Assembly: GCA_964540105.1 (NCBI GenBank)
Contig: CAZILL010000003.1
Coordinates: 74,035 to 138,034 of the forward strand
Reading direction: 5' to 3'
DNA: 64,000 bases
DNA from: an uncultured Ignavibacteriales bacterium
Lineage (GTDB): Bacteria > Zixibacteria > MSB-5A5 > GN15 > FEB-12
The position numbers were made by a program, and so were the translations under genes. Below are positions 54,748 to 63,012 of this stretch, one piece after another. The notes below the pieces were generated by a model. That model was not told where the DNA came from, did not search any database, and was given only the letters and a program-made list of their open reading frames with translations. Positions within the stretch are counted from its first letter, which is position 1, and the number at the start of each line of letters is the position of its first letter.

Positions 54748-54856
54748 CGCGGATTGCGAGTCTTTCGGCAAGGCTTCATCCCGGTAGTGAAGTAAGTTCA
54801 AACTTGACACTTTAGTCATTAGCGGCGTTCATGCGCTCCAACAAAAGGTGTTAGGC

Positions 54857-55405
54857 ATGATTAAGAAGATACTCCTGGTATTGGTCCTCTTGGCCGGTGT
54901 AGTTGCGCTCGGATACTACCAATCGACGAGGCAGGCAGCGGCGCAGCGAGACCAATATCGCCTCGGGTCGCAGAAGGGGGAACGCGAAGCAGCGCAGACC
55001 AATCAGAAACTCGATTCATTACAGGGACTGATGGGGCGAATACAAAGAGAATTCGCGGACTCACTCACCCGCGCCGAGGCGGTTCATCGAACAGAAACTG
55101 ACTCCCTGAGACAAATCATTGCGGCCAGGGATCAGGAGCTGAAACAAGCGCTGGAAAGACGTAAATCAGTCTCTAACAAGGGGAATACTGGCAACACTCA
55201 AACTATTGGTTCAAATGAAATAACACAAAAGCACGCTCAGATTCTCGCCTACTACAAGAAGAGATTGGAGGGGCTTCCGAGGGATCTCTCTGAGTACGAA
55301 AAGCGCATCGCCGTCAATGAAGTTCGTGATGAAACCGTGAGAAAATTCTCCATCTCGAATTCTGAGCTGGAGAGAATCCGACATAATGGTAATCTGAGCG
55401 ACTAA
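54857..55405 (+). CDS. Membrane-anchored coiled-coil protein, unknown function
   Basis: N-terminal TM MIKKILLVLVLLAGVVALGYY followed by a charged Q/E/R-rich helical region. Confidence 0.5.
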   Translation: MIKKILLVLVLLAGVVALGYYQSTRQAAAQRDQYRLGSQKGEREAAQTNQKLDSLQGLMGRIQREFADSLTRAEAVHRTETDSLRQIIAARDQELKQALERRKSVSNKGNTGNTQTIGSNEITQKHAQILAYYKKRLEGLPRDLSEYEKRIAVNEVRDETVRKFSISNSELERIRHNGNLSD

Positions 55406-55420
55406 TCCGACTGACTAACC

Positions 55421-55738
55421 ATGCCTCGTCGCAAGGAGTTCGAATTCGCCGAAGTACTGGTTGATCGCCTCTTTCTTGAATCCTTCGCCGTAGAACAATC
55501 AGCGTATCATCGTCACGAGGTCGACCCGGTGAAAGGGGAGGCTCTGGATCGCTTCAAGGGGCGGCTGGTATGGCACATCAATCACTCGCTCTCACCCCGA
55601 CAGAAACAGGTCGTGAAGCAGTTCTTGTCCGGTAAAAAGGAGAGAGAGATCGCGCTCCAGTTGGGGGTAACGCAACAGGTCGTTCATATCTATAAGACGC
55701 GTGCTATCAGGAGGTTGCGGGTACTACTGAAATCGTAG
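55421..55738 (+). CDS. Small HTH protein resembling sigma-70 region 4 / LuxR-type DNA-binding domain only
   Basis: The C-terminal LSPRQKQVVKQFLSGKKEREIALQLGVTQQVVHIYKTRAIRRLRVLL matches region 4.2-like HTH. No region 2 is present. Confidence 0.6.
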   Translation: MPRRKEFEFAEVLVDRLFLESFAVEQSAYHRHEVDPVKGEALDRFKGRLVWHINHSLSPRQKQVVKQFLSGKKEREIALQLGVTQQVVHIYKTRAIRRLRVLLKS

Positions 55739-55949
55739 CTGTATGTCGAACGGCTTATATATAGGAGTATTGTTCACAAAGAGAACAGCCTTATGTGTCC
55801 GAAAGAACCTTGTCGGTAGACTGAGTTATTTTCAAAGGAGGTGATTGAGCCTTTTAGTCAGTATCCCTATTGAAACGCTATCTATGGCATGTTTATCAGT
55901 AACAACTTCAAGACAAAGATAGAGGGGAAACACAAATAGGGAGCATGAG

Positions 55950-56123
55950 ATGCCAAAGAGAAAAGAGGCTGAGAAGTTTGCTGTGACTGGAGCGAAGGAC
56001 TGTTGGCATTCCTATAGCCTTCAGATTCTTCCGCCAAGCCGCTTCGTTGATGTGGTCGGCGGAATTCTTAGAGGTCGATACGTTCTCATAAACTCCAAGT
56101 TGCAGGACAGGGCCGCACTATAG
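55950..56123 (+). CDS. Unannotated small ORF (57 aa), unknown function
   Basis: ATG at 55950 is preceded by AGGGAG with 6-nt spacing. Translation is MPKRKEAEKFAVTGAKDCWHSYSLQILPPSRFVDVVGGILRGRYVLINSKLQDRAAL. A strong terminator lies downstream. The ORF is below the length cutoff of the ORF track. Confidence 0.4.
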   Translation: MPKRKEAEKFAVTGAKDCWHSYSLQILPPSRFVDVVGGILRGRYVLINSKLQDRAAL

Positions 56124-56187
56124 TTTTCTCAGTTGAAGCGTACGTACGTTCCCGTACGCGATAATGACAGATTGCGGCAGCGAGTTT

Positions 56188-56226
56188 GGGGGACCCGGAC
56201 ATCAGAATGGGTCCTCCCTTTTATTT
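56188..56226 (+). terminator. Rho-independent terminator
   Basis: 9-bp GC-rich stem gggggaccc/gggtcctcc (one G-U pair), 12-nt loop, followed by TTTTATTT. Confidence 0.7.
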
Positions 56227-56289
56227 ACCAGTTGATCGCAAGCGATTTAGCTTGACTCCCTAAATCCTCTGGCCTTTTTTCCCGAACCG

Positions 56290-57030
56290 ATGAATGGCAC
56301 TCTTTTCCTCTACAGCATTGTCTTGCTTGGCGTTGCGTTTGCTGGCGGCCTGGTCGCTCTGGCCAAACAGTGGTCGGATCGTCTGCTGCACGCCTTTGTC
56401 TCTTTTGGAGCCGGTGTCTTTCTCGGGGCGGTGTTCTTTGAGCTCTTGCCGGAGGCGATGACCCAGGCAGATAATCGCGCCGTTGGTGTCGCCGTTCTCG
56501 CCGGTTACCTCCTGATTTTCTTCATTGAGCGCATCCTTTTGGCGTCGGGAGAGGGAGGTTACGATCACAATCACAAAGTCATTTCCATGGCAGTCTTCTT
56601 CGGGCTGTCGGTGCATTCCTTGATCGATGGATTGGGTTTGGCTGTCGGCGTAAGGGACGCTCGACTGGGCCAGATCGTGTTTGCCTCGATTCTGTCTCAC
56701 CATATCCCAGCGGCGTTTTCGTTGGCCTCATTATTGATTCTCGCTCGCTTCTCCAAGAGAAAGGTCGTTGCTCTCCTGCTCCTCTTCTCCGCCACCCCGC
56801 CTCTGGGAGCCTTCCTGATCCAACCCCTTCTCTCGTCCGCTTCCGATCAGCTTTTTGTCTACCTCATCGGTCTGATGTCGGGCACGTTTCTGTATGTGGC
56901 GACCGGCGATCTGCTGCCTGAGGTCTTTCATTCCAAGGTGGGTCGATGGAAAAACCTCTTGCTCCTCGGGGTCGGTTTGGCTCTGATGGCGGCGATTAGC
57001 TTTGGATTCGAACATGTGCACGAGCATTGA
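56290..57030 (+). CDS. ZIP-family divalent metal transporter (ZupT-like)
   Basis: 8 TM helices. Motifs GLSVHSLIDGLGLAVG and LSHHIPAAFSLAS resemble ZIP signature helices. Confidence 0.8.
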   Translation: MNGTLFLYSIVLLGVAFAGGLVALAKQWSDRLLHAFVSFGAGVFLGAVFFELLPEAMTQADNRAVGVAVLAGYLLIFFIERILLASGEGGYDHNHKVISMAVFFGLSVHSLIDGLGLAVGVRDARLGQIVFASILSHHIPAAFSLASLLILARFSKRKVVALLLLFSATPPLGAFLIQPLLSSASDQLFVYLIGLMSGTFLYVATGDLLPEVFHSKVGRWKNLLLLGVGLALMAAISFGFEHVHEH

Positions 57031-57060
57031 CGATGTTTCTGGGCTGATCGTTAGAACAAT

Positions 57061-57068
57061 TGTATAAT
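57061..57068 (+). promoter_or_regulatory. Extended -10 promoter element TGTATAAT upstream of the rhodanese gene
   Basis: Exact TGnTATAAT match 35 nt upstream of ATG 57103. GCAGGAG SD at 57085-57091. Confidence 0.45.
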
Positions 57069-57102
57069 GCATCTATAGTGATCGCAGGAGATCCTTGAAT
57101 TT

Positions 57103-57621
57103 ATGCTCTTACGACAGATACTGATTCTTCTCGCTCTTGCAGCAGTTTTTGGTATGGGGGGAAACCTCGTCTTTCCCAACAGAATCGACTACATTGGGAA
57201 ATTCAGAGACTTAAGCGGCGGATCGGGGCCGATTGTTCCGCCCAGCGCTCAGGCGGGGGATCCGCCTTTCATTGACATCAATGTTGCACAAATGCAGCAC
57301 TCCGTAGCCAGAGACATGTGGGTAGACGCGCGCAATCCCGAGGAGTTCGAATGCGGGACCATTCCGGGGTCAATCAACATTCCGTTTGAGAAGCTGCCGG
57401 ACGGCGATCTGGGCGTGTATATCGATTCCTGCCTAGGCAGTGTTGCCAAGGATCATGGCATCATTGTGTTTTGTTCGGGCGAGGAGTGCGATCTATCCCT
57501 TCAGTTGGCGCGCAATCTGAAGGAATTGGGATACACCCACCTCTCGATCTTTTTTGGTGGAGCGCGCGAATGGGAGAAGTTCGGCCTCGAGACGCAGCGG
57601 AGGAAGAAATGCGGCGCCTGA
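57103..57621 (+). CDS. Membrane-anchored rhodanese-domain protein
   Basis: N-terminal TM helix. Rhodanese fold with active-site loop FCSGEECDLS and the IPGSINIP motif. Confidence 0.75.
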   Translation: MLLRQILILLALAAVFGMGGNLVFPNRIDYIGKFRDLSGGSGPIVPPSAQAGDPPFIDINVAQMQHSVARDMWVDARNPEEFECGTIPGSINIPFEKLPDGDLGVYIDSCLGSVAKDHGIIVFCSGEECDLSLQLARNLKELGYTHLSIFFGGAREWEKFGLETQRRKKCGA

Positions 57622-58055
57622 TCGACAATGATTTCCTGACAGTCCTTTCGCGGCTCGTGATAGGGGGGATGTTCATCTATGCCTCGTTCTATAAGATCGT
57701 TGATCCGGGTGAGTTCGCCAAGTCAATCTGGTTCTATCATCTGGTTCCCGGGAAGCTGATCAACTTGTTAGCGCTGATTCTTCCCTGGCTGGAACTGTTG
57801 GCAGGGATTGGCCTGATTCTGGGAGCGCTCTACCGTGGTGCGGTCGTCTGGGTCAATGTGATGATGATCGTGTTCATTATCGCTCTGGCGTCGACAATAT
57901 TCAGGGGAATCAGTATCGATTGCGGTTGCTTCAAGGCCGCCCAGGCAGCCACGCACAGCGCGTGGAAGTCTCTTCTATTCGACCTCGGGGCTATGTTCCT
58001 GGCGATCCAGCTTTTGATGAGTCGATCGCGTCGGTGGTTCCTCAGCTCACGTTAG
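57609..58055 (+). CDS. MauE/DoxX-family membrane protein
   Basis: Four TM helices. LSRLVIGGMFIYASFYKI N-terminus and a CGCF motif (ISIDCGCFKA) typical of MauE-like proteins. Start at ATG 57609, overlapping the rhodanese gene by 13 nt. Confidence 0.7.
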   Translation: MRRLIDNDFLTVLSRLVIGGMFIYASFYKIVDPGEFAKSIWFYHLVPGKLINLLALILPWLELLAGIGLILGALYRGAVVWVNVMMIVFIIALASTIFRGISIDCGCFKAAQAATHSAWKSLLFDLGAMFLAIQLLMSRSRRWFLSSR

Positions 58056-59356
58056 CGCTGCGGGAGGATGTGCGGTGTCAGGAGGATCACGAGATCGGTC
58101 GTCGATTTCTCATCGATCGTGTTCGTAAAGAGCAGCTTGCCGAGCAGGGGAATGCTGCCGAGCAGCGGCACCCGCTGAGTTCTCTTGATCGTGTTTTCCT
58201 TCAATAGTCCACCAAGGGCGGCCGTTTCACCGTCGCCGACGGTTATGCGAGTCTTGACTGATCGCGACGCCTTAATCGGCTTCTGGTTGGGGGCAGTCCC
58301 CGCATACCCAATGATATCTTCAACTTTGGGCTCGACGTCGAGGGTGATCTTGCCGTCGCCGTTGATGCGCGGTGTGACCTTGAGCGAAATGCCGACCTCA
58401 AAATCCTGGAAGGTGACAATGTCCTGAGTCGACGCGGCTTCGGTGAACCGATTGATCGTTTGGATGGGCGTAACGGTACTGATCTTTATCTCCGCTTCAT
58501 GGTTTTCCACCGTGCTTATGCGGGGATCGGAGATCAGTTTGCTGTTTCCGCTCAAGTCAAGGAAGTCCAGAACGGCGTTCATCTGACCCACAGAGAGTGT
58601 CCCCCAAGTCCAGCGGCCGTTCTCCAGCTCGTACGTTGCCGCACTTGAAGAAGAGCCGGTGGAAGCAGCTGTGGTGCTGGTTCCAGTTGATGAAGATGCC
58701 TCCTTGATTCCTGCCAGCGAGGCGCCGATGCTTGAAGGCCACAAGAGCCCGAGTTTCGTCGAGTTGTCGAGTTTGGTCTCGAGAATCTTCACCTCGATCA
58801 GGACAACCTGCTCGGGAATATCCATCGCCGCCACAAAGGCAGCCAAATCCTGAACGACGCCGGGATGATCAGTGATCACTATTCTATTGGCATGGTAGGT
58901 TCCAGTCCCCTTCGCGGTAGCGTCGGAGATCTGATCCAAGATTACAACCTGTCCTTTGGGAGACTTGCGCGACTCGAGGGCCTTCTTGGCCGAGCTTGGC
59001 TCAAGATACTTGAGCTGGATGACGATTGATGACAGTTCATCAGGATCAGTCGTCTCTGCGGATTTCACGATGACAATGTTGTCGCGAAGTGTGTAACTGT
59101 ACCCATTTGCACGCAGAATCGCATCAAGGGCGGTGCGGACATCGACGCTGTCAAGATGCACGGAGATGGTTCCCTCCACTTTGTCAGAGAGGACAAGGTT
59201 CAGCTTGCTCTGGTCGGCGATCATTCGAAGGACTTTTGCGATCGGAACGGACTCCAGGGAAAGCGTGAGCGGAAGTCCGGCGTCGAGAGGCCCCGAGCCC
59301 GCGTTTGATGAGATCATTATGGCCAGGAAGGCAGAAAGATATAGCTTCGTCTTCAT
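58052..59356 (-). CDS. pilQ: Type IV pilus secretin
   Basis: Signal peptide, N-domains, and a C-terminal secretin domain ending VPLLGSIPLLGKLLFTNTIDEKSTTDLVILLTPHIL. Confidence 0.88.
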   Translation of the reverse strand: MKTKLYLSAFLAIMISSNAGSGPLDAGLPLTLSLESVPIAKVLRMIADQSKLNLVLSDKVEGTISVHLDSVDVRTALDAILRANGYSYTLRDNIVIVKSAETTDPDELSSIVIQLKYLEPSSAKKALESRKSPKGQVVILDQISDATAKGTGTYHANRIVITDHPGVVQDLAAFVAAMDIPEQVVLIEVKILETKLDNSTKLGLLWPSSIGASLAGIKEASSSTGTSTTAASTGSSSSAATYELENGRWTWGTLSVGQMNAVLDFLDLSGNSKLISDPRISTVENHEAEIKISTVTPIQTINRFTEAASTQDIVTFQDFEVGISLKVTPRINGDGKITLDVEPKVEDIIGYAGTAPNQKPIKASRSVKTRITVGDGETAALGGLLKENTIKRTQRVPLLGSIPLLGKLLFTNTIDEKSTTDLVILLTPHILPQR

Positions 59357-59359
59357 CGT

Positions 59360-59830
59360 CTATCCTTTGGTTACGTAAATGTCAAAGCGGTCGCCGTTAT
59401 GTTCGAGCACAACTTTGTTCTTGTCGATTTTGACCACGCGAGCCTGATCCACGATATCCCCCACTCGGACGGCCTTTTGATTAATGTAGGCAAGCGGGGA
59501 CGTGCTGCTGTACACAATGCCAGTGAGGATCCAGATAGCGGACCGAGTCGGAGACTGGTAGGCGGTCGGAGAACTTGGCACTGCGTTCCTCGGAGATACC
59601 GTACCGGTACGCACGAAGGGGTCGCGTCCCCAGGGCTTTGCTGCGCTTTCTTCGAGATCGATCTTCGGGCGCGAGCTACCGAGGGTGTCGACCACAGCGA
59701 CGGAGGGAGCATGTCCCGGATCGGTGGGGAGGGAAGCGACCTTCTTGCCTATGGTGAAATTGTAGAGTCCGAAGAGGATGGCAGCTACCAAGACAGAATA
59801 CACTACGCGCTTGCGAACAGCCTCGTTCAT
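59360..59830 (-). CDS. pilP: PilP-like pilus assembly protein
   Basis: N-terminal TM/anchor, Pro/Ser-rich linker, and a C-terminal beta-domain GIVYSSTSPLAYINQKAVRVGDIVDQARVVKIDKNKVVLE. Position between pilO and pilQ. Confidence 0.55.
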   Translation of the reverse strand: MNEAVRKRVVYSVLVAAILFGLYNFTIGKKVASLPTDPGHAPSVAVVDTLGSSRPKIDLEESAAKPWGRDPFVRTGTVSPRNAVPSSPTAYQSPTRSAIWILTGIVYSSTSPLAYINQKAVRVGDIVDQARVVKIDKNKVVLEHNGDRFDIYVTKG

Positions 59831-60390
59831 GACTTCTCTCCTGACGCACCTATTTGAGCCTTGAATCCGAGCGTGAGGGAGAGGGCGTCATTCTGGGTCG
59901 TCGATCTCGATATCTGGCACGCGGTGATGCCACGGAAATATACCGCCTTCTCGAGGAAAAGGACGAATTGCCCGAACTTCAGGTAATCGCCGTTCATTCG
60001 CATCGAGACGTTGAGAAACTGCGGTTCGCCATTCTCAGGAATGTGTCGATTGATCTCGAGCAGCTCGCCGACGGACGGGACGATCTCAGTGACCGCAAGG
60101 TTGTATTGCGACGCGTCGTGACGAAGTTGATCGAGCAACTTGAGGACGTCCCCTTTGGCGTACAACTTGGAATTCAATGCCTGCAGTTTCAAAGCCAAGT
60201 CTTCACGTGCGGCAATGATCTGGGGGAGCTGAGCGATGGTCAAGTTGAAATCGGTCAACTGGGCTTCCGCCTGGACAATCTGCGCGTTCAATGCGGTCCG
60301 TTCGTTCCGGACCGGAAGGTAGCCGGCTATCATCCAGATTGCGATCATCAGGATCGCGATAGCGAAATGTGTCAGTACTCGCGACTTCAC
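59827..60390 (-). CDS. pilO: PilO-like pilus assembly protein
   Basis: Single TM, coiled-coil, then a ferredoxin-like C-terminal domain. Has 4-nt overlaps with both neighbouring genes. Confidence 0.6.
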   Translation of the reverse strand: MKSRVLTHFAIAILMIAIWMIAGYLPVRNERTALNAQIVQAEAQLTDFNLTIAQLPQIIAAREDLALKLQALNSKLYAKGDVLKLLDQLRHDASQYNLAVTEIVPSVGELLEINRHIPENGEPQFLNVSMRMNGDYLKFGQFVLFLEKAVYFRGITACQISRSTTQNDALSLTLGFKAQIGASGEKS

Positions 60391-62003
60391 AGGACACCCC
60401 GCATATCCAATTGAAAGTCCATCTCGAAACCTGCGGCCAAGGGTCGCTTGCTGTAATGAGCAACGGTGACGTTTGAATAGAACGGGGAAGCCATCAGGTT
60501 TTCAACAAATTCAGCCAAAGTAACTTCGGGCGAGGTCTCTCGTGCTGTCACGATCCCCTGGACAAAGAGGTTGTGTCCCGTGCCATCCGAGTGAAAGTCC
60601 ATGTTGACAAGTCGGATGCCAGCCGGCGTTAAGTGCGACAGTTCCTTAAGACTCGATCCGAGATAACTCGGAACGGACTTGCTTTTCTCCAGGTAGTTCT
60701 GACTGGCTGAGATTTGGCGCTTGAGCATATTGTATGTGTCGAACATAGTCGAGCTCTTGAAGCTCTGCGTTCTATCGGCCAGCTCCGCCAGTTTCCAGGT
60801 ATCAGCCGATAACCCTTTCCGCTCATTAATGTAACCAGCCAGAAGCAGCCCCCCGAGAACAATCAGACCGACAAGAGTAGCATGGTTTGACTTCTTCGTC
60901 CTGAGGTCTTTCTGGTACTCGCTCGGCAGGAGATTAGCGAGACGGAAGTTGTTTGTGGCTGAGGCCACGGCGGCCAGGCAGACTGGAAGCGAACTCTCTA
61001 TAGAGAGATTCCCACACCCCGGGATATCGAGTTCCTCTGCCGGGAAGCGCTTGAACTCGAATCCAAAGTGATCCGTCAGGAGCTGAATGAGCTCGTCGCT
61101 ATAGGAAAGATCTCCATAAATGTATATCCGATTGGCAAACTGAGAGGAGTATTGACCAGTGTAGTAATCGAGAGAATTCTGAATTTCACCCGCCAGGGAT
61201 TCCGCAAAGTACTCAAACACAGTTGTGCCGGTTCGTTGAGCGAGAAAAGAGGATCCCAGCGCACAGGAATGGCAAAACTCGAGGTTGGAACCCCGGTAGT
61301 ACGCCAACTCAGTTCGCTGTCGCTCAATGTTTACGAGCGTGAAGAGCTTCTCCTCGGTGAAATCGGGTAATCCTCTGAGAAGATGGCCGATGACATCGTG
61401 CGTGTGGGAAATCCCACTCGGTCGAACACCCAGAGCATCAAACGGCGCAAGCTGATCGCGGATGAAATTCTTGGTCGTCGCATGCAGGGCGATCTTCACG
61501 CGCTCCTGACCGTCGGACTGAAGGCGATATACTGGGCGGCTGTCGAACAGGCTTTCTCTGGGCGGAAATGGAATCTGCTTCTTGGCCTCAAACTCCACCG
61601 CTGCGTCCAGATCACCTTTCGCCAGAGCAGGCATTGGGAAAATTCGAAAGATCGTCTCGGGGCCTGCAACTGACAGCGTTACGCGAGAACCGGAGCCGCC
61701 GTGCTCTCGGAGATATTGACTGATGCTCTGAGTGATATGTCTGAGGCGTTCTTCGTCAGTCGCAATGCTCTTTGGAAAGTACTCCTTTCGGGCGTCAAGG
61801 AGAGTACGGGTCTTGCCGCGATGCTTCGCCACGGCCATCTGAATCCCAGCTTGGTCGATGGCAAAGGAGATTTGCCGCAAGTACGCGACCTCCTGTCTTG
61901 CCGGTATCAACCGCTCAGAGTTGACCGACGGTGCGGCAGGAGTCGCCCGTCCACCAGCCAGATTTACTGCAGGCCGCTTAGTTCGAATCTTCACGCCAAA
62001 CAT
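60387..62003 (-). CDS. Fused PilM-PilN pilus assembly protein
   Basis: A ~360-aa actin-like ATPase-fold region (PilM), a TM helix ATLVGLIVLGGLLLAGYI, and a ~150-aa PilN-like periplasmic domain, all in one ORF. Confidence 0.7.
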   Translation of the reverse strand: MFGVKIRTKRPAVNLAGGRATPAAPSVNSERLIPARQEVAYLRQISFAIDQAGIQMAVAKHRGKTRTLLDARKEYFPKSIATDEERLRHITQSISQYLREHGGSGSRVTLSVAGPETIFRIFPMPALAKGDLDAAVEFEAKKQIPFPPRESLFDSRPVYRLQSDGQERVKIALHATTKNFIRDQLAPFDALGVRPSGISHTHDVIGHLLRGLPDFTEEKLFTLVNIERQRTELAYYRGSNLEFCHSCALGSSFLAQRTGTTVFEYFAESLAGEIQNSLDYYTGQYSSQFANRIYIYGDLSYSDELIQLLTDHFGFEFKRFPAEELDIPGCGNLSIESSLPVCLAAVASATNNFRLANLLPSEYQKDLRTKKSNHATLVGLIVLGGLLLAGYINERKGLSADTWKLAELADRTQSFKSSTMFDTYNMLKRQISASQNYLEKSKSVPSYLGSSLKELSHLTPAGIRLVNMDFHSDGTGHNLFVQGIVTARETSPEVTLAEFVENLMASPFYSNVTVAHYSKRPLAAGFEMDFQLDMRGVL

Positions 62004-62019
62004 AGCTGAGTGTTCTCAG

Positions 62020-62487
62020 TCAAAAGGTGATTCTGATGCTGTCCGCCCCGCCACCAATCGAGCGGAGAAGTCGGTTCGCCGGGTCATAGATGTAATTAGC
62101 GCCCCAGGCATCCTTCAGATAGGCTCCGCCCGCGCTATCCACGTAGGGACCGTTCCAGCCGATTCGAGTGAGCCTGTCATAGGTTGCAACAGAGACTGGC
62201 TTGGAAACAAGATCCGACAATTGGGTCGGCAGGATTCCAACGTCCCCTTCATACCCTCGGTCGACGTACTCACCTCCAGCTACCGCCGCGGGATTTCCGA
62301 TGATCGCCTTCTTAAGGAGATTCATTTCATCCTTGGTGGCCGCTATCTTCGAGCTTGTTGTCATACCCGTGAATTGCGGAACCGCGAAGGCGGCCAAGAT
62401 TCCGATGACGACCAAAATGGTCGCAAGCTCGATCAGGGTAAAGCCGCTATGACCGAGCTTGTGTGATTCGCGGAGTTGTCGTTTCAT
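62020..62487 (-). CDS. Type IV (pseudo)pilin with GspG-like C-terminal domain
   Basis: Prepilin cleavage/methylation motif G-FTLIEL. The C-terminal LKDAWGANYIYDP resembles the GspG DPWGNPY motif. Start at ATG 62487 after AGGAG. No cysteines. Confidence 0.8.
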   Translation of the reverse strand: MKRQLRESHKLGHSGFTLIELATILVVIGILAAFAVPQFTGMTTSSKIAATKDEMNLLKKAIIGNPAAVAGGEYVDRGYEGDVGILPTQLSDLVSKPVSVATYDRLTRIGWNGPYVDSAGGAYLKDAWGANYIYDPANRLLRSIGGGADSIRITF

Positions 62488-62498
62488 CACGGCAACTC

Positions 62499-62930
62499 CT
62501 AAAAGTTGTTTTCTCCTGCCGTACTCGTGTTCGGCCAAACTTCGCCGGTTGTCGCGTTGTACGCCCAACCGCCACGGACACCAACGATCGTTCCCTTTGT
62601 TACGCCTGTGACGACCGAGTCGGGAGCATTCGCGGCAGCCTGATAGGGGTTCTTGGGAATTGAAGTGGCCATGACCGTTCCGACCGTCCCAAGCTGAACG
62701 ACCGTGGGCCAAGCGGCAGTGCCTGTTGTAACAGCCTGGTTAGCGTAGTAGATCGTGATCCCTGATCTCAGACCTCCCAGAGCGCCACGGCAGGCCGCAT
62801 CCTTGGCCTGTGCAGTCATGTCCTGGTATTTTGGGATGGCGACGGCGGCCAATATGCCCAGAATAACGATGATGATGACCAATTCAATCAGCGTGAAACC
62901 GCTGTTGCTGGACAGTTTTGAGAAACGCAT
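62499..62930 (-). CDS. pilA: Type IVa pilin (major pilin candidate)
   Basis: The leader MRFSKLSSNSG followed by FTLIELVIIIVILGILAAVAIPKYQD is the class III signal plus conserved hydrophobic alpha1-N. AAGGAGGAAAC SD upstream. Confidence 0.88.
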   Translation of the reverse strand: MRFSKLSSNSGFTLIELVIIIVILGILAAVAIPKYQDMTAQAKDAACRGALGGLRSGITIYYANQAVTTGTAAWPTVVQLGTVGTVMATSIPKNPYQAAANAPDSVVTGVTKGTIVGVRGGWAYNATTGEVWPNTSTAGENNF

Positions 62931-62982
62931 GTTTCCTCCTTAGATAAGTGCACCTGATGGTTTAGTTCTCTACAATCTGAAT

Positions 62983-62996
62983 ATCGGAATTCCGAT
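62983..62996. promoter_or_regulatory. Perfect 14-bp palindrome ATCGGAATTCCGAT between pilC and pilA
   Basis: Seen directly in the sequence. Lies 17 nt downstream of the pilC stop and ~55 nt upstream of the pilA start. Could be an operator or a weak terminator hairpin. Confidence 0.3.
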
Positions 62997-63012
62997 CTAA
63001 TACTTTACCCGA

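Noticed and set aside
62931-63012. Possible sigma54 promoter upstream of pilA, which is common for pilin genes
   Set aside because: The reverse complement contains ggtgcac but no correctly spaced TTGC -12 element. Only the 14-bp palindrome is reported, as a low-confidence feature.
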